Of a stretch of 64,000 bases of DNA, positions 28,346 through 41,580 are shown one piece after another. The translations under genes were made by a program, and so were the position numbers. The number at the start of each line of letters is the position of its first letter. Within the stretch, counting starts at the first letter, position 1. The notes under the pieces are model-generated. The model did not search any database. It had not been told where the DNA came from and worked only from the letters and a program-made list of their open reading frames with translations. Source of the stretch: the human T2T-CHM13v2.0 reference genome, Homo sapiens. The stretch lies in assembly GCF_009914755.1 (NCBI RefSeq), contig NC_060926.1; one strand, written 5' to 3'.

Positions 28346-28951
28346 ATATAAGACCTTTCTAGATTCTCATTCTTTCTCTAGGTCTGTGGAGATAAAATAG
28401 TGGAGGGAAAAATAGTGGTTTAGGAGGAAAATAATGTAGAATATTTAGAACCCAATAATAGATGAAAAAATCTGTTCAAGCACTGTATGTTAATTTTAAG
28501 GATTTAAAAGAAACACTTTAAACACAACTCTGAGCGTGTTTAATGCTCAAAACATCTGTAATGTTTTGCCTCATGAATGCAGCATAATGACTGAGTCAGG
28601 TTATGTAGCTCTGACTATCACCAAATGGAATGACAAATTAGGATAAATAGCTACATTTCCACATTTGGAATTAGGTATTTTCTGTAAAGAGACAATTGAC
28701 AGCACACACGAGCACATTTTTGGATTATGTAGTTTGATTAAGCACGAAAGTGTGACCAGAGATGATCAGTTCTACACATGGGTGAAACAGAAAGTGAAAT
28801 AGGTCATTTGGCAGTTTCCTGCTTTTGTGTCTCAGAAAATTCATGCTGATTTCTTAGCAATTTCAATATCCGGTGCTCTGCCATTATCAGATGTCTGAGT
28901 TTCTTTATTTTCTTAAAAATGTCGTTGTTGAGAGTAGTCAAATACTTTACG

Positions 28952-29146
28952 TAATATATATAATCTTTATATAAAGTATATATACTTTGTAATTATATAT
29001 AATCTTATATATAATCTTTATATAAAGTATATTATATATACTTTATATAATCTTATATATAGTCTTTAAAGTATATTATATATACTTTATATAATCTTAT
29101 ATATAATCTTTATATAAAGTATATTACATATACTTTATATAATCTC
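28952..29146. repeat. AT-rich tandem repeat (~4 units of ~45-48 bp) with internal palindromes
   Basis: Repeated ataatctttatataaagtatattatatatactttatataatctt. Confidence 0.9.
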
Positions 29147-29209
29147 ACTTGATGTAATTGACCTCTGATTTTGTCTTTCTTTTAATGTGTATCACGTGGT
29201 GGTATCCAG

Positions 29210-29317
29210 TAGCCTGGTAGATTGCAAAAGGACTGCCCCTCATCTTGCAGTTGCGGCCGAGGGAGGTCTGTCTAGTTCTTGCCCTCCACAGTCTTCCCTG
29301 TTCCATCCTTCGGAAAG
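29210..29317 (+). CDS. LPIN1: Cassette exon specific to lipin-1beta (36 aa: SLVDCKRTAPHLAVAAEGGLSSSCPPQSSLFHPSES)
   Basis: 108 nt, symmetric phase 2/2, open frame, ccag| acceptor and AAG|gtagag donor. The peptide matches the recalled beta insert. Confidence 0.9.
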
Positions 29318-30640
29318 GTAGAGGAGTTATTTTCCCCATTGGGATATATTCAATAATGAAAAATTTGATCTAACTCTTACTATAAGTCTATTTTACCATT
29401 AACCAAATTACTTATGAAGAAAATACCTGTAGATTATATGAAGTGAAAATTTTGATTTAACTTTTACAAATCGATTTCACTAACCAAATTACTTATGAAA
29501 AATATGTATATAGATTACTCTTTTCCTTTCGTTATAAGCATTTGTAGATGATCAGATTTTTTTTTTTTTTTAATTCCTAAATTTGACTCTCTGGAAATTA
29601 TGGTTAAGCATATAATTTTACCTAATTCTGTGAAGTGCTTTGAAAATGAGAATAATGAAATATAGCTTGGGAATATGATCTTCTGTTTTCTGTCTCGGGT
29701 TGTTTGACAAATAAGTTTACAAGATATTTTTGGAATACCACTTTAATTTATTATAAACATTTAAGTAGTTTATTGGGCTGTCTGAATAATGGAGTCAGAC
29801 ACTTTCCACAGCATTTCTAGAACAGAATCTTGGAGAATGGCCTGGGCTGGGTCTCAGGCTGAGGATCAAAGGTTGGTGTGTTCACTCGATGTAGTCATCT
29901 CAGATTTCTGCCTTCATTCCCTCAGTTTTGACCTACCTACTTTGTGGACTTACATGGTTTACTTTGTAAGCCTTAGCAAATGAAGCTACGATTAATTTGT
30001 ACGTGGAAAACCTTTTGTCTTTTTGATTAAAGATCCAGACCTCAGGATGTACTTCATTCAGAGGCTACATTTGCAGAAGAAAAGTCCGTTTAAAATGAGG
30101 AAAACAAAGTTGTAAATAGTTAAAACTAACTAGCCTTATTGGGACTGGCAAAAATACTGAAAACTTTGATAAGGCTAATAAATACCTTGTTTATGAACAT
30201 CAGTCATTGACCTTGTAAGCTTACTTTTTTGAACAACCCTTGATCTTAAAATAATAATATTTCATGACGGAGCACTTTGGAGTCATCTTTCTGGTAAATC
30301 CCACTTGGCAGTGGGCCCCATTCCTGCGTCCTTTTTGGTCTGTCTGAATTCCCTCAGTGACGGTCGGCAGAAAGCGCATCTGTGTTTGTGCACGAGACCT
30401 TTGGAGAAGGGTTGCTGTGGCCTGAACGGGCAGCATTTATGGTGGTGGCCTGTTTGCTGTTGGGGAGGGACTTGCAGCAGACTTTCTCGTAGGGCTGGGC
30501 TCCTTATGCGTGAGTTACACGCCTGAGTGCCTCTATGGGTTTTGTGGCTCGTGGCTTTTATGAAGGGACCAGAATGTTAGGAACTCTGGAGTTGGGAATT
30601 GCTGCAGGAGAACCGTGTTCCGCATTTCGTTCTTCTAGAG

Positions 30641-30851
30641 CAGAGGTTGGTAAAGCACGGCCCATGGGTCAAATCTGGTCCACCATCTGCCTCTGTCAGA
30701 CTTTCCCGGGCATAGGCAGTTGGTTTACATACTGGCTGTGGCTGCTTTCACACCACCACAGCAGCGAGTGGTTGCGACAGACGTCGTAAAACCCGTAAAG
30801 CCCGAGATATCTGCCACTGGGCTCTTTACAGAAAATGTTTGCCGACCCCTG
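30641..30851. mobile_element. MER58A-like hAT MITE
   Basis: TIRs cagaggttggtaaa / tttgccgacccctg; ctttacagaaaatgtttgcc end. Confidence 0.75.
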
Positions 30852-30929
30852 TTCGGAGCAAGCTTTGTCTAAAGGACTTTATTTCATTTAGTGACAGTGA
30901 GATAATTTATTGCTGCAAAGAACTTATAG

Positions 30930-31133
30930 CCAAATATGTTCTATTTTGTCTGGTGAAACAGAATGGCAAGAGCTTTTTAGATACTTTGAGGTTTGGGAAC
31001 AGCACCGTTGAGGGTGAGAAGTTGGTTTTGATGGACTTATTCCATGATGATGCTGGAGAAAGAGTGGATTGCGGTCACACTTGTAGGTACTGAGGCCCCT
31101 CGCTGGAGGCCACAGCCTGCGCTTTTCCCATTG
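30930..31133 (+). repeat. Left arm of ~205-bp inverted duplication
   Basis: Reverse complement of 36610-36814. The ORF track shows the same peptides on opposite strands (NGKSAGCGLQRGASVPTSVT; QWEKRRLWPPARGL). Confidence 0.95.
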
Positions 31134-32643
31134 CAGTGATACCGAACACGTGACTGTAGACGCTTCAGTGCCACCAAAGCGTTGTCTCTTTGGAGAAGTC
31201 CAGTTGTGGAACTGGAAGAGCAAGGAGGTTGAAAGGCCAGGAGCCTTTCCCACATGGACGTGTGGGGGCCCCACGTGCCTTCTTATAGGACTGCTCCCTA
31301 AAGGGCAGAAATGTGTGTCTGTTGGGAGCAGGGTGTCCCATTGCAGAAGCTCTCCTAATGTGATGTCAGGAGCCTCCTCTCCCCAGGCAGGCGAAAGAGA
31401 GCGTGCAGGCTGCCCCGTGGCAGCACGTCATTAGAAGGGCTGGGAGTCATGGGCACCAAGGGAGCAGGGACCACCCTCTGCCCCTTGGTGTGAGATGAGA
31501 GAGATGGCACTTGGTCTGGCTGCTCTATGCAGCTTGATCAAAGAGATTCAGGATCAGTTTAGCCCACAAGGTCCCTGTTTGTTGGATACAAGTTATGTAT
31601 CATCATGAACTCACCTTGTATTGACAGGAAAGTTATATTCAATTGGAGTTGAACTCTAGGTAAATGAGACCAGAAGCATCAGTTTCCGAAGAATAGATAA
31701 GGTCTGGGAAAGAAGACGGCAAGGGAAACTGAAAGCTTTATTTCCTGCTTTGTCTGAAAAACCCTGCCGCCTTCCTCTAGAGGAAATGATGTGGGAAAAT
31801 AAGCAATAATTAACCATGTTATTATGCGGCAATAAATAATTACAAGAATTGCTGCTGTAAATAATATTTCTCTAAGTTGTTTAGAATATGGTGAGGATCT
31901 TGTGGATAAGTTAATGACTTTTGGATGGTTACTTTGGCTGGGCAGAAGTAAGACCTTGTTTGGGTCTTCAGAGTAAAAATTCAGGAAACATGGAGGTGGT
32001 TACTGAGCGAGCCTTAACCAGTTGGTGAGTCCCTTGTGAAGTATTCCTGGAAGACATAAGATCTTAGAAAATTTCAACTTGTAGGCTCCTGCCCAACGTT
32101 ATCGAGTTTATTTGTGGCATCCAGCATCTTTGGTAAAATTGGCACATCATATAATTTCCCTGTTTCCCAGGCCGGTGCAGATGATAAATATTTAAAATAT
32201 GGACTCTAATGAGTGCCTGCCCGAGCCAACCAAGACCCTTTTGCAGCCCTCTGACAGCAGAGGAACTTGATTTGGAAACAGATTGCAGGAGATGCGAGTG
32301 CAGAGTGGGGTGGGGAAGGGTGGTCTTTTTGAGGTAAGAACAGACTATTTTTCCCTTTCTCTTTCCATCTCTTTCTTTTGTATTCTGGGCCACTTCTTTT
32401 TCTCCTCTCCCCCGCGGTGCACCAGGCGGCAGGGTGGGGCGGGCGACCCACGTGGAGCGCCTTCCATGGGAGGCGCTTCCCTGCCCCCTGGTGGCCGGAG
32501 GAGGGATTTGTCATGAGGCTCCGCTCAGAGCGAACGACAGCTGGGGGTGCATTTTCTGGGCTATTTGAGCCATGGAGCTGGGCCCAAAACATTTACAAAA
32601 GTTTCTTTTCCCACCTTAATTTTCGCTTTGTGTTTTCCTTAAG

Positions 32644-32770
32644 TCCTTCCGGTTCCCGACCTTCAACACCTAAAAGTGATTCAGAATTGGTCAGCAAGTC
32701 CACGGAAAGGACAGGGCAGAAGAACCCAGAAATGCTTTGGCTGTGGGGAGAGCTGCCGCAGGCTGCTAAG
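32644..32770 (+). CDS. LPIN1: Lipin-1 CE5 (PSGSRPSTPKSDSELVSKSTERTGQKNPEMLWLWGELPQAAK)
   Basis: Lipin motifs PSTPKSDSEL and WxWGELP; ttaag| acceptor, AAG|gtgaga donor, 127 nt. Confidence 0.97.
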
Positions 32771-32979
32771 GTGAGAGTCTCTTCAATTCTGCCACGGACC
32801 GAAGATTTCTAACTCAGCTTAAATTACATGGAATTAGTATCATAGCATAGCCAAGAAACACAGCTACCAGGAGCCAGAGGTAAACCAAAATATATTAAGG
32901 GTTAGCCTTGAATGTTGGAATTACTTTCTTCCACGTTACCAACATTATAGAGAGGTCTCATTGCTTTTGTAGATTTTAA

Positions 32980-33345
<366 letters not shown>

Positions 33346-33769
33346 TAAAGAAATACAACTTACACACAATCTTGCTGTCTTGAAACTGTAAACAAAAATA
33401 GCTTCCAGCTCTTGAGTCTGCTAGGTCATTGATGAGTGGAGCAAAGCCACAGGGAGAGAGTTGTGGACTCTTGGCCCATTGAAAAAGAAGCTGAGTTGTA
33501 AGAGCTGGAATCCACATGTTCTTGTGTCCCTCACACAGAGAGACATCTGGGAGAGCCCTGGGAGAGGGAAAGGCTAATAGAACAGAAATGAAAGATTTCA
33601 GCCTAATAGATAAACAAAGTCAGAAAACCTTAAGGTTTTGATTCATCAAGTAGTAAGTATTTCTGGGCCCTCATTGTTGGTGGGACCCTGAATTTGACCC
33701 TATGGAGATCTCCAAAATAAATAGAGAAGCAGCTGAGGGTAGCGGAGAGAATGAGGGCCTGGGAGGCAG

Positions 33770-33960
33770 CAGGTTATTCTGGGTTTGAGTCCTCACTGCA
33801 CCGCTTGCTAAAAAGGTGACCTTGGGCAAATGAGTAGACTTCCCTGAACCTCAGTGTCTTCATCTGTAAAACTGTGAGAAAATGACAGAATTGTTGTGAG
33901 GTTAGAAGGGCTAATGTAGGTATGTGAAGTATCTGGCACCTGTAGGCCCTCTGAATATTT
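33770..33960 (+). mobile_element. MIR fragment
   Basis: gtgaccttgggcaaatgag...cctcagtgtcttcatctgtaaaa. Confidence 0.7.
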
Positions 33961-35325
33961 GCATTCTTTCTCCTTGGCTGTGGTACATGCACGCTGAGCC
34001 CCAGTTTCCCTATCTTGGATATGCAGTGGGTTTACATGTAGGTACATAACTGGTTCAGCAAATATGTTTCTAAAAACATGAAATGAACACAATCTTTTCT
34101 TTCAAGAAATTTTATTTGGTATGCTAATGTATTATAAGCATCTTGAATTATGTTATTATATCACAAGCTTTAAAAAATATTGTAAGGTCCTTAGAAGATG
34201 CTATAGCCTCTTGCATCCCCAATAAATGTTTGTAATATGAATGAATGAGTGAGTGAGTGAGTGAATGACTATTGAAAACATCCCTTATAAAGAGTCAAGA
34301 TGGGCAGCTTTTTGGAGAGTAGTCTGTTGAGGCCAAAGTTGTGGATCCATTTCCTCTCTAGGTTATATTTAGATTTCATAGAAAATGCTGATTTACCTGT
34401 CCACAGCTATGGTGCTGACCCAGCCAACTCTCTTTGCAAGTTTATGTCGTTAGTTGCTGGAGAAACAGCATGGAAGTGCAAATCCATCACTTCTTCTGGC
34501 AAAATAGTTGTAACCACAGATTTTCTGTAGCATTGTTTTTATTTGCAATTGAAGCTGTTTGATCAGATAGAGAAGTGAATACTTTCTCCCCTCTTTTTAG
34601 CCCATGAATTGCATTTTGGTTTTTGTTTGAATAAATCTTTTCTGTAACTGGAAATCCCTCTGGCGGTAGAATCAGAAATGCTAATTTCTCACTCACGTGA
34701 ACCAACTGTCACCAAATCTTTACTTATTCACTCATGTTTTGGGAATAAACTTTATTGAAATATACATACAGAGAAATACACACATTGTAAATGTATAGCT
34801 CAATACATTTTCACAGCAGGAACAGATCTGTGCAGCGTGCACCCAGACCGAGAAGCAGAGCATGACCAGCAGCATGGAAACCCCCACTCTTTGCGGTCAC
34901 TGCTCAGACTGACCCCTCTGCTCCCTGCAAGGGGAAACTTGATCTTAGCAACAGAGATTAGTTTTGCAAGATTCATTCATGTTGTTGGTGTAGCTGTAAT
35001 TCATTTATTCTCATGGCCACTGAGAATCCCAGTGTGTGTGAAAAGACTTGTAGTCTAACAGCATTTAGGGTGCTCCTGCCTGTTGGCATTGCTAATCTCA
35101 CTTCTCTTTGGCAGTTGATGTTTCACAGGAAAGTTCATTTGCTTTGGACCTAATATTCTTGGTTTCTGGACTTTTTGGCAGGTATAGAAATCACCAGGTG
35201 ATTGTTGAGGCTTAAAAGTCCCTGCCTACTTTTGATTACTTGTTCTCCTTGGGTCACTCAGTTTTTCTGGTTGCCTTTGTGCTGACCTTGTCTCTCTCTC
35301 TGTCCCTCTCTCCTCTTTGCTCTAG

Positions 35326-35632
35326 TCTTCTTCTCCACACAAGATGAAAGAGTCCAGCCCATTGAGCAGTAGAAAAATTTGTGATAAAAGTCACTTTCAG
35401 GCCATTCACAGCGAATCTTCAGACACTTTTAGTGACCAATCGCCAACTCTGGTCGGTGGGGCACTTTTGGACCAGAACAAGCCTCAGACAGAAATGCAGT
35501 TTGTGAATGAAGAAGACCTGGAGACCTTAGGAGCAGCAGCGCCACTCTTGCCCATGATCGAGGAGCTCAAACCCCCCTCTGCCAGTGTAGTCCAGACAGC
35601 AAACAAGACGGATTCTCCTTCCAGGAAAAGAG
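35326..35632 (+). CDS. LPIN1: Lipin-1 CE6 (SSSPHKMKESSPLSSRKICDKSHFQAIHSE...DSPSRKR)
   Basis: Long pyrimidine tract plus tag|, G|gtacca donor, 307 nt, matches ORF 35344..35673. Confidence 0.95.
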
Positions 35633-36609
35633 GTACCAAGGCTGGGGCTTCCCGGCTCTTTTTCTGTTCATAGTTTGTGCTCACTCTACACATGACAGGT
35701 CCTTTCCAAAGTTCCAAGGAAACTGAGGTAGAAACTGAACCGTGACAATGATCATGTTCAGTCTGAGCTCTTCAGCAGAATATATTAATTATCGGAATTT
35801 AGTCATAGGAAATCAGACATGAAGAAGGCCTTGAGGATCATGTAGCAAACTTCATTTTACACACTGAGGCTGCTCGCTGAGACCTGGGAGAGTTAAGTCC
35901 TTTCCAGCACACCATGGGACCCATAAGTGTGACTTTTATAAAGCTGATTATTAGGTTAATCCTGGCCACCTCTCTCCTTGCCCTGCGTTGCTTTCCAGCC
36001 CCTTACCCACTGTAATTTCTGCATATCATTTATCATGATTTCAAATGATCATTATTTTATTGATTTATTTTTGCCTGACTCCCCCATAGAATATGTGCTG
36101 TCTGAGATCAAGAGTCTTTTCTATCTAACTTGCCTTTCTCTCCTCGGCGCTTGGCATAGTGGTTGGCACACAGTGGGTGCTCTGTGTTGGTTTAATGCAC
36201 TCCTGGCTGTGTGTTAGTATCAACGATGCCAGGCCTGATCTCCATCCACCCAGCAGCTTCGTGTGGTTTTCTAGAATTATATGGACCAATTACATCATTT
36301 TCTGCTAGAAGTAAAGAGGACATTTGAAGTCATCATGGCCAGTGTCTGACAATGCACAGTGTGGGATGCTTTGCCTCGGGGTATTGATGGGGAAGTGCCT
36401 AATAAAAGCTTTTATCGTTTCATAATAAGTGTAATAATAATGGTAATAGCCTCAATGCGTTTAGTGCTCAGTACACTTCAGGCACTTTACAGAGGAGGAA
36501 TGAGGCTCAGCAAGTTAACTAACTTGATCCAGGCCACACGATGGTGGATGACGGCCCTGGTTTGTGGACCTTGGTGGTCTACGGTCACGTTGTACTGCCC
36601 ACCATTTTC

Positions 36610-36814
36610 CAATGGGAAAAGCGCAGGCTGTGGCCTCCAGCGAGGGGCCTCGGTACCTACAAGTGTGACCTCAATCCACTCTTTCTCCAGCAACATCATG
36701 GAATAAGTCCATCAAAACCACCTCACCCTCAACGGTACTGTGCCCAAACCTCAAAGTATTTGTCTAAAAAGCTCTTGCCATTCTGTTTTACCAGACAAAA
36801 TAGAACACACTTGG
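36610..36814 (-). repeat. Right arm of ~205-bp inverted duplication
   Basis: Hand alignment to 30930-31133 gives ~8-9 substitutions and 2 short indels. Confidence 0.95.
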
Positions 36815-36953
36815 AACTGTTGTGGTTCTTGGGCAGTTTGAGTACCTGGGAGCAAATCTGCACATAGTGTTTAAATGCTGTTTCTATAGATACAAGGCCA
36901 TGAGCTCATTTCTAGAAGAGTGGTTTTCTGACTTGAGCCATTTGCCGTTTTAG

Positions 36954-37047
36954 ATAAACGAAGCCGACATCTTGGTGCTGACGGCGTCTACTTGGATGAC
37001 CTCACAGACATGGATCCTGAAGTGGCGGCCCTGTATTTTCCCAAAAA
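36954..37047 (+). CDS. LPIN1: Lipin-1 CE7 ([31 protein letters not shown])
   Basis: Conserved lipin motif HLGxDxxYLDDL..EVAALYFPK; 94 nt; phases fit. Confidence 0.97.
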
Positions 37048-37147
37048 GTAAAATTCCTGTTAATTCCTCACATCATTTCCTATAATCTGAATATCATTCT
37101 GTGTGAGACCAGTTTCCCCTTATGTTTGATTAGAAAGTGTGCAAGAC

Positions 37148-37450
37148 AGCTGGGCGCGGTGGCTCACGCCTGTAATCCCAGCACTTTGGGAGGCTGAGGT
37201 GGGCGGATCACTTGAGGTCAGGAGTTCAAGACCACCCTGGCCAACATGGTGAATCCTCGTTCTACTGAAAATACCAAAATTGGCTGCACGTGCTGGCATG
37301 CACCTGTAATCCCAGCTACTCGGGAGGCTGAGGCAGGAGAATTGCTTGAATCCAGGAGGCGGAGGTTGCATTGAGCTGAGATCATGCCACTGCACACCAG
37401 CCTGGGCCACAGAGTGAGACTCCATCTCAAAAAAAAAAAAAAAAAAAAAA
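37148..37450 (+). mobile_element. AluSx/Sz-like
   Basis: Full dimer with A tail, ggatcacttgaggtcagg. Confidence 0.9.
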
Positions 37451-38011
37451 GTGTGAGAGAGAGGCAGTGGGAGGCTCCCATTGCCTTGTGAAATGCGCCT
37501 GCTCTATGGACATAAGGGTGCGGGTACTGGGCGGCGCCCCACCTCTGGACAGGGGCGCAGCACCGGGCTGCCCTCCCTGCAAAGCCTGAGGTCATGTTGT
37601 CCACAGTGGTCGTGGTCCACAGCCCAGTAAGTGGCAGCTGTGCAGCCCTTTTTTCCCCCAGGAGGGTCTCCCGTGATCCTGGGGACCCACCCTCAGTCCC
37701 CCTGCGATCTAGGGCAGGGCTGGCGCCTGGAGGGGAAGGGCAGGGAACAGGGAGGACAGCTTGCTTCTTCTTCAGTATATTTTAGGGGGATACAGGGAGA
37801 TGCAGCCAGCTGAGAAGTAATGGTTTTCTCTCCTAAGCTAAGGCGTTTAATGTCTCTTTCCTTGTCGTGGTGCTTTAATAAACATCTGTGCTGAGATGCA
37901 GCCGTCTGCGGCTCTGAGGGTGGCCGCGTGCCAGAGCATCACTGGATGGCGATGTAGGACCCTGAACTGGGACAGTCCTCAGCCGGTCTCTGCCGCTTTT
38001 CCTCCTTCCAG

Positions 38012-38202
38012 CGGAGATCCTTCCGGACTCGCAAAACATGCAAGCGACAACGGAGCCCGGTCAGCCAACCAGTCCCCGCAGTCGGTGGGCAGCTCGGGCG
38101 TGGACAGTGGCGTGGAGAGCACCTCGGACGGGCTGAGGGACCTCCCTTCCATCGCCATCTCCCTCTGCGGGGGCCTCAGCGACCACCGGGAGATCACGAA
38201 AG
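38012..38202 (+). CDS. LPIN1: Lipin-1 CE8 (serine-rich region; DSGVES degron-type motif at 38103-38120; IAISLCGGL start of M-Lip)
   Basis: ccag| acceptor, AAG|gtaccg donor, 191 nt, in ORF 37896..38264. Confidence 0.96.
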
Positions 38203-40199
38203 GTACCGCGGGCCTCGCGCGGGCGCCCTCTGGTGGCCGCCGGTCAGAAGGCGCAGAGGCTTAGGCTTCTCCAAGGAGTGCGTGTCAAGGCAGCTTTTCC
38301 CTTGGTTGCGGTTAATGATAGCACAGATGATAGCGCCGAACTCATAATCCCGATGTTTCTGGCTTGCAGTTAGTCGGCCTCAGAGTTCTGTGGGTCACCC
38401 ATGGCTCGGGCCATCGTTGTGTGTCTCCTGTGCCCCAGGCTAGCACTGCAGAGATGGCCTCCAGAGGCCTGCAGGCTAGAGGGGGTGTCAGTCTAATTAA
38501 ATTAGAGGGTGTCGGCAGCGAGAGAGAAGTGCGCCGGCGCCTTGGAACAGGGAGGTCTGAGTTTGTCGGAGGAGGGCTGGGAACTTTTCCCAGCTGGATT
38601 CAAAGGGCGTTAATCGGGTGGGCTTAGGTGATTCATTCACAGCACCTGCCACATTCGTAGCAATGCACTCCCAGGGCCTCCTGACAGTTCCATGGCAGGG
38701 TGTGCCCACGCCCCCCAGTGGGTGCAGTCAGCAGTTATCAGCTGGGGACTAGACACAGTGGCCCTGCACCCCTCCCGCCCCCTCTCTCACCACTGCCTCT
38801 TTTCCATCCCCTCGTGGTATTTCTAGCAGGGAAGGGGCCGAGGCTGTGTACTTCTTCCCTCTACCTCTCAGGAGCCACCCCCATCTCCCCTTCCAACCAG
38901 GGCTGCCATGTGAGACTCCTGCCTCCACCCTGGTCCCTTCAAGGCTTTGGGAATTTTTTCTTCCGCAAAGATTGAGACCTTTTTGTTCTCACGCCCGTGC
39001 CAGCCAGTCCCTTGAGAGCGGAAACAAGATTGTGTGCTGGGTCCCGCCGGCTCCATTCATTCACTCAGTTTTCCTAGGGCCACACATTAATACCCAGCCT
39101 CACTGTGTTTCTGAAGTCATGGGGGCTCTCTGGACACTGGCGTGAGGAGTCCCCTGGGCGTTCCCTCCCTGATATACATGAGCTGGTGGGGGTGGGGTGG
39201 CAGCACTGACAAGGCTGGGCACCGTTATCTGAGTGTTATCTCATGGGGCCAGGATCTGCAGCTGTCCAGTCCTTACAGGTGAGGCCAGATCGTCACAGTC
39301 AGGAGACCCCAGGAGAGTCCCCGGAGGTCCTGATTAGGGCTCTGAGGGTGCATGTTGAAGCCAGTCAGGCTGGCATCAAGACCCAGGGACTCTTTTCCTG
39401 GACGGAGGAGATTCTCAGTGTCTGATGTCTGCTGGGTTTCGGTTCGGTTCAGGGTAAATAGGAGCTCCCAGGGAAGGAGTGGGCGTGGCTCTGGGCCAGG
39501 GAGATGGTCAGAACCGCGGTCAAGGCTTAAGGTACAGCCCAGCTGCCAGAGCCCGTCAAAGAACTGAGGGTCCGGGGCTGAGGTCTGGGCCTCCTGACCC
39601 TGCCACCTTCTCCTTTGCTCTGATCCTGGTGGGGCTGCCCCACCATGATGAGAACAGTGCCCTGCCTGCTTCTGATTGTGGTGGAGGCAGCCCCATTTTT
39701 GAAAGGGCCCTGTGCTTTCTATTTACGACATTATCAGTCCCCATGACCACCCTAGGAAGCAGATGTGGTTATTATCCCCATGCTAGAGGAGGGAACTGGG
39801 GCCTGGGAGGTGAACCGCTTGCCCAGGGTTACCCCCGTAATCGTGACTTCAGCCGAGGGAGCCTGGCTTCTGCGCCATGCGTAGCCATGACTCTGCCTGT
39901 GCAGATGCACGTGTGTGCTGTTTTCACCCCTACTCCCTGTGTGAACGTATGTGCCTCAACTAAGGTACACGTCCCCCAACATCCTCAGCCTTGCCCTGGC
40001 CTCCCTGCATTGCTGCACAGACGCCGCCTTCCAGGTAAAATGGTGCGGCCTTTACAAATACATTTTATAGGATTGTCTGCACAGTTGGAATGCACAAACT
40101 CTCAGAAAACACTTGTGAGTGAGCAAATGAAAGGTAGGCCTAATTTTGAACTGAATTTTCTTTTTGTTTTTCCCTGATCCTCTGCAATTGCTGTCACAG

Positions 40200-40293
40200 A
40201 TGCATTCCTGGAGCAAGCTGTGTCATATCAACAGTTTGTGGACAACCCCGCTATTATCGATGACCCCAATCTCGTGGTAAAGATTGGGAGTAA
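40200..40293 (+). CDS. LPIN1: Lipin-1 CE9 (DAFLEQAVSYQQFVDNPAIIDDPNLVVKIGSK)
   Basis: M-Lip motif NPAIIDDPNLVVKIG; 94 nt; AA|gtaagt donor. Confidence 0.96.
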
Positions 40294-40477
40294 GTAAGTA
40301 CCTCTTGAAAGTCACTTTGGCAGTAGCATGATACTGTTTCTGTTTCATGTTTTCAAATAGACCTAGACATTAAGCCTTAGAAATATATAAAATAAAGACT
40401 TTGCTACATTGCATTATTGCATTATCTTCACTGTGGTCAGGGTTCCATGCCAATAGAATTGGCAATATAGCTGATAG

Positions 40478-40711
<234 letters not shown>

Positions 40712-40783
40712 TAGTCACACTCTGCAGTACATGGGTATGTCAGAGTAGCCTACATCTCTACCCTTTTGAAAAACTTCATTATC

Positions 40784-41186
<403 letters not shown>

Positions 41187-41510
41187 TTACCTTGACACGT
41201 GGCAAGAAATACCCCAAGCACGTCGTGGTTTGGTGCAGCAGCTGTACGGTGGGATTTGGGCTGCTGGCATGTCCAACTGTCTGCCCTGCTGGCACGGCTG
41301 CTGCTGGGCCCTCAACTGGCCGCTGGGGTGAGGTGGGGGGAGCCTCTGCCTAGGGGTGATATGGAGGAGGGCTGGGGGCTAGCAAGAGTATTGAGCTCTT
41401 TAAGGGCCTCGCTGGAGTCCCGAGCTTTCCTTGACTACTTTATATGACATTGGAAAGGTTTTCAGTCTGAGCCTCGGTTTTTTGACATATATTTCATTGT
41501 TTTGTGTTAG

Positions 41511-41580
41511 ATATTATAACTGGACAACAGCAGCACCCCTCCTCCTGGCAATGCAGGCCTTCCAGAAACCTTTGCCAAAG
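41511..41580 (+). CDS. LPIN1: Lipin-1 CE10 (YYNWTTAAPLLLAMQAFQKPLPK)
   Basis: Conserved YYNW..AAP..FQKPLP; 70 nt; AAG|gtgagc donor. Confidence 0.97.

Noticed and set aside
30924-31274. Duplicated peptides in ORFs at 30924/31037 and 36359/36541 suggesting a paralogous small gene
   Set aside because: Similarity holds in all frames, indels break the frame and there is no codon-position bias, so it reflects the DNA inverted repeat rather than coding.
39479-40177. 232-aa ORF upstream of CE9
   Set aside because: Non-ATG start, overlaps MIR-like sequence, no recognisable domain, stops before the exon.
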